Assembly: GCA_002189035.1 (NCBI GenBank)
Contig: NEEC01000014.1
Coordinates: 1,736,001-1,800,000 of the forward strand
DNA: 64,000 bases
DNA from: Utricularia gibba
Taxonomy: Eukaryota > Plantae > Magnoliophyta
Reading direction: 5' to 3'
Shown here: piece after piece, positions 36,993 through 48,270 of the stretch
Layout: every line of letters starts with the position of its first letter
How positions within the stretch are numbered: position 1 is the first letter of the stretch
Notes under the pieces: generated by a model
Databases searched by the model: none
What the model was told of the DNA's origin: nothing
What the model saw: the letters and a program-made list of their open reading frames with translations, nothing else
Position numbers and translations under genes: made by a program

Positions 36993-37865
36993 TCATCGTA
37001 AACTCAAATCACCGGCTGTTGGGAAGAGGGTAAGAGCTTTTCTTGGAGTTGCGGAATCCAGATCCTCCACGAACGCCGGTGGAAGCAGAGGGGTGCCGTT
37101 CCCATTATGCGCCGGTGTAGACAGTCTCTGGATTTGTGCTTGTGATTGTGTTAAAAATGGATGCTCAAATTGTCCATCTCGGGGAGAGCTTCCAAACTGA
37201 CGAAACTGGAGAGGCGCCGGCGCCATACTTATCTGAGGAGGGTGCTGCTGGTGCGGGGGAGCCGGCACAAACGGCAAGTAATGGTCGGAGTTTCCACGGC
37301 CGGGGTGCAGAAAATGCGGTGGAACCGGAGAGCTGGCGAACAAATGGTCCGTTGCAGGGTCCATCCCCACAGCGGCGAGGGCTGCCGAAGGGCTCCCGGC
37401 ACCACCGGCGCTGCTGATGCCGCCGTTGGAAACCCCCTGCATCCGTTTCAAATAAAGCCGGTACTTCTGCAAGTGACTGGCGACATTTTCTCTGGTGAGC
37501 CCATCAACGCTCATGAGTTGCATAATGGTTTTAGGGACAGCATTCTTGATACCCAGATGAGCCACCGCATCTACAAATCTCTTGTGAAGCTGAGGGGTCC
37601 AAACAAGGCGAGGCCGCTTCAGGGTCCTGGCCTGCTCGTCGGACCCAGAACCCCCACTTGGTCCTCCTCCCCCATCAGGGGACTCAAACTCTGCCGACGA
37701 GTTAGGCTGAGGCAAACGCGGCGGCGGCGCGTGATGGGGTGTCGGAATGTTGAAAGCTAATGCTATATCAGGAGTTATTAGGGATTGGGACAAAGGTATA
37801 AGATCCTCCGGCGACGGCAACTCATCTTCCCAGTTGGAAAACCAATTGGAATCCGCTTCTCTCAT
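36993..37865 (-). CDS. LUX: GARP/MYB circadian clock factor, LUX ARRHYTHMO/PCL1-like, intronless
   Basis: [76 protein letters not shown] and LTLFPT. Confidence 0.9.
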   Translation of the reverse strand: MREADSNWFSNWEDELPSPEDLIPLSQSLITPDIALAFNIPTPHHAPPPRLPQPNSSAEFESPDGGGGPSGGSGSDEQARTLKRPRLVWTPQLHKRFVDAVAHLGIKNAVPKTIMQLMSVDGLTRENVASHLQKYRLYLKRMQGVSNGGISSAGGAGSPSAALAAVGMDPATDHLFASSPVPPHFLHPGRGNSDHYLPFVPAPPHQQHPPQISMAPAPLQFRQFGSSPRDGQFEHPFLTQSQAQIQRLSTPAHNGNGTPLLPPAFVEDLDSATPRKALTLFPTAGDLSLR

Positions 37866-39822
37866 CTTTTTCTCAGCCCCACCTGAATATACCACAGCGG
37901 CGCGATAAAATCACCCAACAAAAAACAAACTCTTTTGCTGCTCCAACACAACCAACCCCTCCTCCAGTATCCTACAAAATCATCGTCTCCGTGACTCCAA
38001 AAGACTCAAAACAGAGAAAACCCATAACATCCACAGCTGTTGTCGGTCTCAATCAAGAAGACGAAGGATACCTAGATGCGGGTGCAGAAAAAGAGACATG
38101 GTTTTTCGTGGAAGCAGGGAGAAAGAAGGGAGGGGTGATCGAGGTGGATCTCATTTTCTCCTTCCTCTTTACTCCTTTTCAGCTCATCCCAAAAAAACAC
38201 AACATCAAAGGGGGAGCCGGCTCCTTAAACCAAAAGCCATCATTGAATGAAGGAACTCTTATCGTATTCGTACAACTGTGTTTGTGTGTCTTTAGTTCTC
38301 CGGTATAGTTAAAGATTCTCACTTTCCCCGAGATTTAGCTGCCCTTTTTCTTTTCTCCTTCTTCTCACATTTTCCACAAAAGCCTCCCCCACCAAAAACG
38401 TTTTACCTAATTGACACACAAACCTGATGCTCCAGAATCATTCCACACACACTAATTCCATAGTCAGCCCATGATTACCTGGTTCATCTTCCAGATCCCA
38501 TCTTAAATTTCAGAATCAGCGCAAGAGCCCCCCCTCCCCTTATCCCCTTCCACTCGGCACCAGCCACTCAGTCACGGTATTTGACAACACGTGATGCACA
38601 TTTTGTCCCCCCCGATTCCACTGGAGCAGTCCGGATCACAACCACATCATGCTGAGTGAAGCATTTTCAAGAAAATGATGAGCTGTTGTGTCTCATCTCC
38701 ATGACCCAATAAGCCTACCCTCCTACTTGTCTTCTTTCCAAATCAACATTTGATTTCGCATATCCGTAGGCCTGCGGGCAAAATCGAAAGGGGGGGATGT
38801 CGTTCGAGGGCTGGTACCCCCCATCAGGTACCGCCATGCGCTGGGACCTCTCTACACAAGTGGATTGTTGGTTCAAAAACCGCGGTCAGTAATTGTCTCC
38901 ACCGCCACTCGGATCGGAGTAGCTTCTGTAGGGGCAGAGAGAGAATCAGGGTGCCAGGATACGTACGGTACATCACTAGTCACTCACTCTTGTTACCGGG
39001 AGGGTAAATACTTATTATTACACACGGTGATTTACCCTGATTTTGATTTAATTACCAAATCATGCCAACACACACACATACACATGTTGCAGCCAGGAGA
39101 CATCATTAGGATACCCCGGTAAAAACTAGTATTTACCTGCCAAGTGCCAACCCAACCACACCCGCAGTCAAATCAGAGGTTGGGTAAAATGGTTAATTTA
39201 CAATTTAACTGTTGTGTGGTTCGGTTAGCGGTTCCTGGTCCCACCCAGGTACTCCAACTAAAACCGATTAAATGTTATATTTTGTTATTAGTTTTTAAAA
39301 TTGCAATTTGCAAAGCAAGTAGTAGAGGCTAGAAATGCTATCCATGGAATTTTTAGATATAAGGGTTATTTTAGAATGTTTTTTTTTAATCTAAAGTGCG
39401 CAGAGTGATTTTTAAATTTTAACTGTCTCCATGCGAAAAAAAAAGAATGATTTATACCTGGGAAATTACACAGCCTCTGACTTGAAGTGCGATTCCGATA
39501 CCATCCTTAACCAGACATTTCACAACCCCATTTCCCTGGTTGGAGGACGGTCAAAATATTCTCTCCGACACGGACACGGACGTTGATCCCTGGTCCCTCG
39601 ACACGTTTTCCACCATCTCCATCAGGTTGAAAAATAAATGGAGCCCTCAGGTTTTCACCCTCCACTCTTTCACAACAGGGACATGTGGATCTTCACTCTT
39701 GTCTTCTGGGAAAGTGGAGTGGCATGGACATGGTGCTTTCGAGGGCGGTTCACCGGGGGGACGTTGCTCTCCATGTCAGTGATCGTGCCAGATCCTTGTT
39801 TAAGCTTAATGGAGAATTGGCT

Positions 39823-42800
39823 TCATGGGGAGGCTGGTTGCAGGATCAGATGGAGGAGGGACAGGGCACTGGACTGCGCTCTTGTCCTGCTTGTTCACGT
39901 ACAACGAGGAGATTTAGTATGAGTTATAGTACAGGGAGTCACGAACCAATGCTTGGGACATGAAAGGCGTACCAGAAAGATGTACGACCCAATGAAGGAG
40001 AAAGTTCAGCGCCTGACGAATCATTGGTGGGATTTGAATGAACGAACCTCTGAAACCTGGAAGACAGCGTCTCGTACATACGAGCATCAGTGGGTTGTAC
40101 TTGCTGAATTCCAGCTTTCAGGTGTTCCATTTTGATCTCAGAAGCAGATAGATTCTCCTGATTGACGAACCAAAAGAAAAAGCAAAATAAATTGGAGAGG
40201 GTGACCGAGATTATGGATTTACTTGTTTTGAAACTCACTTCCAGTGCTCTCAAGGCTGCTTGGCCGCAAATGTGGGAAATATCAGCACCAGTACAGCCTT
40301 CTGTTAAATGAGATAGCTCATGGATGGATACATCCGAATTACATGGCATCCTGCGTAAATGGATGCGGAATATGTCTTCACGATCTCTTCTGTTTGGCAG
40401 CCCCACGTAAAGAAGTCGATCGAAACGTCCTATCACATTTGCGCATAGTTAGCCACGGAGCTGCTGAAGTTGTGAAGCTGAAAGGAAGGGTTGAGGTTTT
40501 GCTGCGTCAACTGAAAGCAGTGAAGATGTTACCTGGTCTTAGTAGCGCAGGATCTATCTTGTCTGGTCTATTGGTGGCGGCAATGACAGTAACACTGCCT
40601 CTTTCCTGCAAACCTGTCAAGGGTTTTTGGACATGATACATTAGAACAAGAAGGTAAACACACACCAAGATAAATTTGAAAATCAAGAGGAGACATCTTT
40701 TTTGTGAACTTACCATCCATCTCAACAAGAAGCTGAGTTATAACACGATCTCCAACCGAAACTCCATCATCATCCTTTCCCCTTGTTATAGCAAGACCAT
40801 CAATTTCATCAAAAAATATTATCGAAGGAGCATTCACCCTTGCCTTTGTGAATAAAGAACGGACAGCCTTTTCAGATTCACCAACCCATTTGCTGAATAG
40901 TTCAGGGCCCTTGACAGCAAGGAAATTCAGGCGTGCTTCAGAAGCTACAGCACGGGCCAAAAGTGTTTTACTGCATCCTGGGGGACCAAAGAGTAATATT
41001 CCCTTGGGTGGACGGGTTCCGATACGCTCAAAAGCATCCTTGTGTTTCTGAGGCCATTGCACAGCTTCCATCAACTGTGCCTTCACCTCCAATTGACCAC
41101 CAACATCTTCCCAGTTGACCTTAGGAACTTCAAGAATGACCTACTAGCACAAGCAAGTTATAAGAAAGACATTCCATTAAAGCTAATGATAGCAAAACGC
41201 TTCAGAATTTACTCTTATCTACTACACCAGAATAATGTTTACATACTAATCACGGTAGATGATGTACCTCCCTCATGGCACTGGCCCGTATTCTGAATTG
41301 GGCATTTTCAAAGTCTCCTGAATTAATTTTTAAGTTGTCATCCTTGCCGCACTGACAATGAAGTTCGCCATTACTCTTAGTCTCTGAAGTACTTCTAATT
41401 ACTGAACTACATGAATCAGACAACTCCACCCCCATATTGCTCGCCACAACATCTTCTGTTGCTTGAAAGCCATTGAGGTTTTCTTTAGATGATAAATTAT
41501 TCGTCGAACTCCATTTACTAAAAGCTGAAACATATCCACAAGCTGAAAATTTGCACACTGAATGACCACCTGAGGAAGATGATTCAACATATTTCCGAAG
41601 ACGGGTGAAGGCTGCTTCATTGCAGAGAGCAGCCAAATCAGCTCCTACAAAACCATGTGTAGACATGGCAATATCCTGAATGTCCTTATCTGAAAGAGAA
41701 TGATCCATTTCATCGAGGATTGAAACTAATATCTGGTAACGCTGTTCAGGAGATGGGACACCTGCACATCAGTCACATCAAGTTTCATCAAGAATGCATG
41801 TTCCTTCCAAGGATAATGATTTTTAGGCAACTCATAATCACATTGAAAAAGAACAGACATACAACACCTAAGCAAGACAAACTCTGAATTTATGGACGTT
41901 GAAAAGATGTTAAGCATGATAATCACTTAAAGTTCGCAGCATATTCATGGTAACATAAACATTCTGTTAAATAACATGGGAAAACAAATGCCCAGCTCCC
42001 CACTAACCATCTTCCGTCATTTTCACTTTTTGCAGAAGGGTTATTGATGGGCCGTGAAATGTAACAAGATGATGAGATCACTTTACCTATTTCTATTTCA
42101 CGATCAAGCCTTCCCGGACGTCTAAATGCTGGCTCAATGCTATCAGGCCGGTTTGTCGCAGCAATAATTAATACCCCATCAGTTCTACTAACTCCATCCA
42201 TCAACATTAAGAGGGTGGCAACCATTCTCCGAGATAGGTCATCACCACCATCTCTACGGGCAGGTGCAATAGCATCTAACTCATCTATGAAAACCTACAT
42301 GTTCGCACATATACAATCCCTAAACCCCCCTATGGAAGAAACAATTGCATAATTCTCATCCTAGCATACTATCACTTACCACTGCAGGTGAAGACTTTCC
42401 AGCTCTATCAAACACCTCACGCAATGCCTGCTCTGTTTCCCCATGGTACTGGCTAATAATTCCAGGACCATTAATCGTGAATAACTCAATACCAGCATCA
42501 AGAGCACAAGCGTGAGCTAAAGTTGTCTTCCCTGTTCCTGGTGGCCCATGAAGAAGCACTCCCTTTGTAGGTCTTAATCCAAATCTTAAGCATAACAAAG
42601 GAATGAAATTCATTTATATCACCAGAGCTTATAGTGCACTATTCTAGATGATTATTATACATGAAATTCGTCAAGGATTGATTCAGTAAGAAGAAACTGA
42701 AATGTGTAAAATGACCTATTCAATATTTATGATTTTGATACTCCTAACGGCATGCATAACAAACATTAGGCACGTTTTGATGATAAAGTTAAAAAGTGTA

Positions 42801-44564
42801 AATCAGAAGAATACGAGTTTTAAAACATTTGGTAAAAGTGTATAGCTGTGAACCTGTCGGCCCTAGCTGATGAGACAATTATGCCCTTTAAAATGGAAAT
42901 TTCCTTGGAAAGACCACCCAACTTTCGAAATTTCCATGATATGTTACTCTCTGATTCAGATTCTCGGGATGCAAAAGAAAATCCTGAAGAAGTCATATCC
43001 CTGGGGTGACTTGAATGAAGAAAACGAACTTTAGTATCACGATTTACAAAGAATAGAGATGTGGGGTTTCCTGATTGAGAGTCTGAAATGTCATGCTTCT
43101 TATGAATGCCATTCAAAATTTTACTATTTGAGGAGCATTCTTTAACATCCACAACCTGGAAAAGGCATGGTCCTGAGAGCAGCTGAATTGTAACAAAATT
43201 TCCCAACAGCAAATGTTGATACATTAACCACAGTAATGCACAGCGTTCTAGAAGTTCCGTAGTTGAATCATCGCCCAATATATGATCAAACGGTAGCACG
43301 CTATCAGAATGAGAGGCTACTTTTTGCTCCTCCATTTTGATTTTAGCCAATGAGCAAAGAGGAAATAGGCAGAGTTCTTTGCAATCTTCCAAAAAAATAC
43401 TACTAGCAGGACTAGGAGGCTGATTAATCAATTTCTCAGTTGAACTGTGGACCTTAATGGGTTGTAGTAAAACAACTCTTCCCAAAGGTGGACACCCCAT
43501 TCGGTTGTAAAGTTCAGCAGACAAGCAAACCCCATTCTTTAAATCCTGCACACAGTGAATCTCTGACCTTTAGGACAAGGTTATGAAAGCACAGGGTATT
43601 TCCAGAAGCAGAACGTGTTCCAAAAGCACACCATGCGACATCAGGGTTTTCTTTTTTTTTTTTTTTTCTGTCATAGAATCCAGAAATAAATATTGACCTG
43701 GAATAGCTAAAAATTCCCCTTGAACTAAATTTATTTTCAGATGATTCAACAAATAAGCTACATGATACCTTACAAGATGGGCTCACAGTAGCCATGACAA
43801 AGAAATTTCCTGCTGCATCTGCCCTTATACCCTTGGATTCAAATCCAAATTTTGCAGCACATTCATCTGAAAAGGAACTCAAAGAGAATCCGCTTGAACC
43901 TTTGTCCAAAGAAGGAAGCGAAACCTGCCATTATGGTATACCTTAGGATGAAATGGATTTGTTAATACTTATGATAGAACGCATGCAAAAGTGTTGAATA
44001 TGGTTACGGAATAGGAGACAGAGTTGCTCCAAAAAGAAATGGAGCACATAAAAAAAAAAAAACACATCGTATTCAGGCACTAATGCAAAATTACTTCTGC
44101 CTACCACAGTAATAAGAGTTTTTCAGAAAATTTGACAATTTTCTTTAAAGAGCTCCCTTGAACATTTAGATTTCCGAACTTGCAGGAAAGCATTAGGGGT
44201 GCCAAAAGCTGTTGGAGAGAAAGTAAGGAAAAGATTACCCGAAACATAAACAAGCGCATACCGAAACTAGGGAACCATAGGGAATGGAATAGGAAACCAT
44301 GGTCGCCTCCGAAAGCCAAACATTGCAGCCCTTGGAGTCCGATACCTTGGCTTCCGCGATTTTTCCCACGAAAGCATCTCCTGTGATGAGCGATGGGAAT
44401 CTTTCAGAAACTCCATCAACTATAGACGATAACTCCTCCTTGCTCGGAAATGACGACGAAATAACCGCCGACGAAACTTCGGAATTCACAGATTGACAAT
44501 CGAAGTTATCAGAATGCGAGGGTTTTGTAGGCGTTATCGACTTCTTCTTCTTCGCAGAAGGCAT
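39823..44564 (-). CDS. CIP111: Calmodulin-interacting protein 111-like double AAA-ATPase (AFG2/SPATA5/Drg1 class), multi-exon
   Basis: N-terminus MPSAKKKKS...[10 protein letters not shown]1 has [40 protein letters not shown]2 has [25 protein letters not shown]. The exon chain reads in frame to TGA at 39823. Confidence 0.92.
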
Positions 44565-44649
44565 GTCGTTACGGTGGAGCGTACACGGAAGTTTCTTTGC
44601 ACACAGGTTTATCATTTTATACCCTAGCTTGGCCGTTACTGTGTGTACC

Positions 44650-44759
44650 TGGGCCTAGCCCAATCACGGTGTGCATTCTTTATTTGGGCCAAAAGTGGAA
44701 AACAAAAAAATGGGCCTAATTGTTAAAATTCTAGACGATAAAAGCATACAATGAGCCCA
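44650..44759. promoter_or_regulatory. Cluster of five site II elements in the CIP111 promoter, within the presumptive CYCB1 3' UTR
   Basis: TGGGCC 44650, AGCCCA 44657, TGGGCC 44685, TGGGCC 44711, AGCCCA 44754. Confidence 0.6.
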
Positions 44760-44818
44760 ATATCCAAACAAATCAAACAAAAAAAAAAAAAAAAAACAGT
44801 ACGCGGCAGTAGTTTGTT

Positions 44819-47225
44819 TTAACTGGCGGGTGAAAGTGTTTTTGCCGGCGGCAAGAGCGCCACCGCCTCACGTTCCGGCGAAGAATATTTCCGGAGAATG
44901 CCTCTTAGCTTTGGATCCTCTACCGCAAAATGGTGGAAGGATACCATCAACTTCGCAGAATCGCTGTTCAACAAAAGGACAAAGAATCAGAAACAAGCGA
45001 ATGATTTTTAGCGTCTGATACCCAGAAAAATAAAGTTTGTTCTCTCACGTAAGTTGCTCTTCTGAGAATCCGGTATGAGCTTTTAGCGTTGCTGTCCAGT
45101 AGGGTTCTTCCTCCACCGTGCAACGAGCGGCGTAGACTGCCGAGGCGGCAATCATGGAAGGAGAGTAGATAAGGATCTCGTAGTTCATCATTCCAAGCTC
45201 TGCAAGGAAATATGCCATGTTCTCCACCTGTTTGACAAAATGCAAGAAAAAAATACCTTCGGTGAGAAGTTGGGCTTTGAATGATGATTCCCGATACACG
45301 CCACTTACATTCGGTCCTGACATGGATGCCTTGATGAAGCGAACAAGGAAAACGTAAGGAGTAGGGACCGTTAACTTCCATTCTAGCTCGGCCAGTATCA
45401 TTTTCTCCATAGCCAGAACCTGCTGGTTTGTGTAAGTTCTGTCTGAAATGCAGACAAGGTCATTCACCTGCAGATCACACGACACATGTATAAAATTCCA
45501 TGACGATGAAGATGCCTTGTGTTCAGTGTAAAGTGATGAACCTCAGGAGCCCAAATTTCTTCATATTTGGAGGCTAGAAGAAGCGCACCCAAGCCCACCA
45601 ACTGAAGTTCTCTTTTTGTGGTGGGTTTAGCAGCAAGGTATCGGTCGACGATGTTGAATGTAAGATAAAGAGCTTCCTTAGAGAGCTCGAATTTGTGGTG
45701 AACTTGTACCAACCAGTCTATCAGGATTGCTCGCATCTTCCTATTTATTTCAGGTTGAGAACTCATGTAATCATGTACAGTGCCTTCATTCTGCATCACA
45801 AGGGAGGAGTGTGCTTGTTCATGATTTCTCACAAAAGCGCAGTGACCAATATGTAAGCTAATTGCATTATACATTGTGAATACCTCAGATGATTTGTAGT
45901 ACCGGTACATATCCTCAACATATTCCACTGTGGCTAAGTCATTCTCCACATCTGCAGCATCAATATCCACTACTTGATCTTTGAGTTCACTTCTCTGACT
46001 ACAAGCAGCCTGAAGAACAAAATTCCATTTAAGTGATTAGCAACAGAATCAAAGCCCTTCCTTAGGAATGACCATTTTACCAAACCTTGCTTCTTGCTGT
46101 GAGTGCTGCACTGAAAGCTTGAGTCTTGGTTTTTGATGATTTCTCTTTGATGGGGCGTTTCTCCTTTACTACCACTTCCTTAGAAACCGGACTGATTACA
46201 ATTATCTCATTAGGTTTTGGTTGATCTGCAGTCTCTTTATTCTGAGTCTGCTTACGGACTACGCCTCTCTTCTTTGGCAAATCTCTATCATTTGGTACAA
46301 CTCTCTTGCTTTCAACTGCTACTGCCTGAATATTAGCCTGTAACTGAGCGCAGTATCTCCTGAAAATGAAGGGTAGATGAATGAATGAACGAATCAACAC
46401 AACCTTTTCCAGTTCACCTAAAATAAAGACAAAAACTTTAAGTACCTTGTAGCAGGTCGAGAAACCTGAGGAACTTGTTTGCCATCGACTCCACGAACCC
46501 TAACCACATTTCCTATGTCTCCCAGTGCAGGGCGACTCTTCTTTTCGACTCCAGCCTTCTTCATTTTGTTGGTAACTCCTGGTACTGCGTCTCCTGTGAA
46601 TCATTTCGAGACATTAAGCATTATAAAGTAGCCAGTTGTAAGACCATAGAGCTTGAACACTGAAAGGCCATAGTCCATAATCAAATCAGAAGCCAAGAAG
46701 AAACTGGGAGAATTACTTTTCGAATGAAACAAGATGGGACTATAAACTTTTGACCAGACACGCATCATGCAGTGTAAACGATCACGAGACAGAAAGAAAC
46801 AACTGAAGCAACAAGAAACACCAACAGCCATCAAAATGGGCAAAACTTTTTCTCATCGGGAAGATCCTTGAGTAAAGAAACACCTCATAAGCATTAGACT
46901 ACAGTAATTACATTGATAAAGGTTACATCTTTCAGAGAGCACCGCGGAACAAGAAAACTGAAGACAGCGATGCACAAGTTCGAGGCAAAATAATCAAAAA
47001 TCCCAACACCCCACAATGGAAAAACGGTGAAAACGTCAAGGAAATAAAACAAATATTATTTTTAAGAAGATCCCAGGCGGACAATATCAAGAACAAACGA
47101 TCAGAGCGAAACTTCATTGCGCCCATGTTCGATCTCTAAGAATCAAAATAACTGATATGCGAAAATCGTATGATGAACCACTAAACACCTCCGTAATTCT
47201 TCTGGGCAATGCTCCTTGTCGCCAT
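44819..47225 (-). CDS. CYCB1: G2/mitotic-specific B1-type cyclin, 8 exons (first exon 47225-47189)
   Basis: MATRSIAQKNYG|GDAV, D-box RPALGDIGN, YCAQLQANIQ, cyclin box MRAILIDWLVQVH...LLASKYEEIWAPEV, and C-terminus AVALLPPAK. Confidence 0.94.
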
Positions 47226-47327
47226 TCAGAAGAGCGTGAAAACTTTGCAGAATCTCTCGGATGAACTCTTTTTCTCGTCTTTTGAAGGAAAAGAGAGTAG
47301 AAATCCGACTTTCAAAATTTCCAGAGT

Positions 47328-47411
47328 GTCAACGGTCATATTTTTGTTGCCGTTCGATTGCCTTAAATTCGACGGCGATTAGGAGCCCCCCACTTTTATT
47401 TTTACCGTTGG
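47328..47411. promoter_or_regulatory. Three MSA (M-specific activator, AACGG core; MYB3R sites) elements upstream of CYCB1
   Basis: GTCAACGGTCA (core 47331), CCGTT at 47350, and TTACCGTTGGA (= TCCAACGGTAA, core 47405), all 100-190 bp from the ATG. MSA elements are established in plant CYCB1 promoters. Confidence 0.7.
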
Positions 47412-48270
47412 ATAAAGACTACTTTATCAACTTACTATTTTCAACTATTTTATTTGAGTCACATTTGACTCCCAAGGTATTTGGTGTTTGTCATAATATC
47501 TAAACTTATTCCTCGTTATTGAAAATTCTTTCCATTAATATAGTTAATACTTACTATTTTACATATCGTACATATTTAATATCAAATTTTGTAAAATTAA
47601 TTTTCAAAATTTATATATAGAGTAATTTTTATTTTTATTATTTTATAATTTGACAAAATTGATACCCAAAATCAATAAGATAATGATGAATTCTTTATGG
47701 TGATGTCACTTGATAAAATAAAGTGAAATATCATCTGATTTACTAATTAGGATAAAATATTAAATTATTTTAATGAGTGATAATTTGAAAATAGTTATCA
47801 TTATTAAATAGTTACTCATTACTAATTAGTATAATTTAAAATAAATGATTATGGAAACAAAAAATTGGGTAGGATCCTATGGAAGTGGTGCACGGTACGA
47901 CATGCGCTTGTCTAGTAATCTGTGGACACGTGGATTACATGGGGGAGAACAAAATCGTCTACAAATTCATGGCGTTGATCGGTGTCATCAGCCCTTCTCG
48001 GCCGGGGAGACCTTATTGCCCGCCAAGTCGAGCATGATCGATCTTTTCTAGGAATTGGGAATTTAGGGTTCCACTGATTTTGTTGCTGTTTAAAATTGCG
48101 ACTGCAAGTGCTGCTATTAAAGTCTATTACACGGGAAATCCCGTAGAAGTTGAATCGGAGGGTTTTTTTCTTGGAGTCCTAGGGTTCGTTCTGAGCTCCC
48201 ATTTCTTTACCAAGAGACACTTGCGCCGGATTCCGTTTCTTACTGGAAATTTACTTTCCGTTAAGTACGA

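Noticed and set aside
37136-37760. 199-aa and 93-aa plus-strand ORFs over LUX
   Set aside because: Antisense shadow ORFs of a GC-rich intronless gene.
37900-39400. Evening element in the LUX promoter
   Set aside because: I found no exact AAAATATCT. There is only one G-box (38588) and one GATACG (38958), too short to be meaningful alone.
46932-47126. ATG 47126 (MGAMKFRSD) as the cyclin start
   Set aside because: ATG 47225 gives a B1-cyclin-like MATRSIAQKNYG exon with a phase-compatible donor. ATG 47126 lies inside intron 1.
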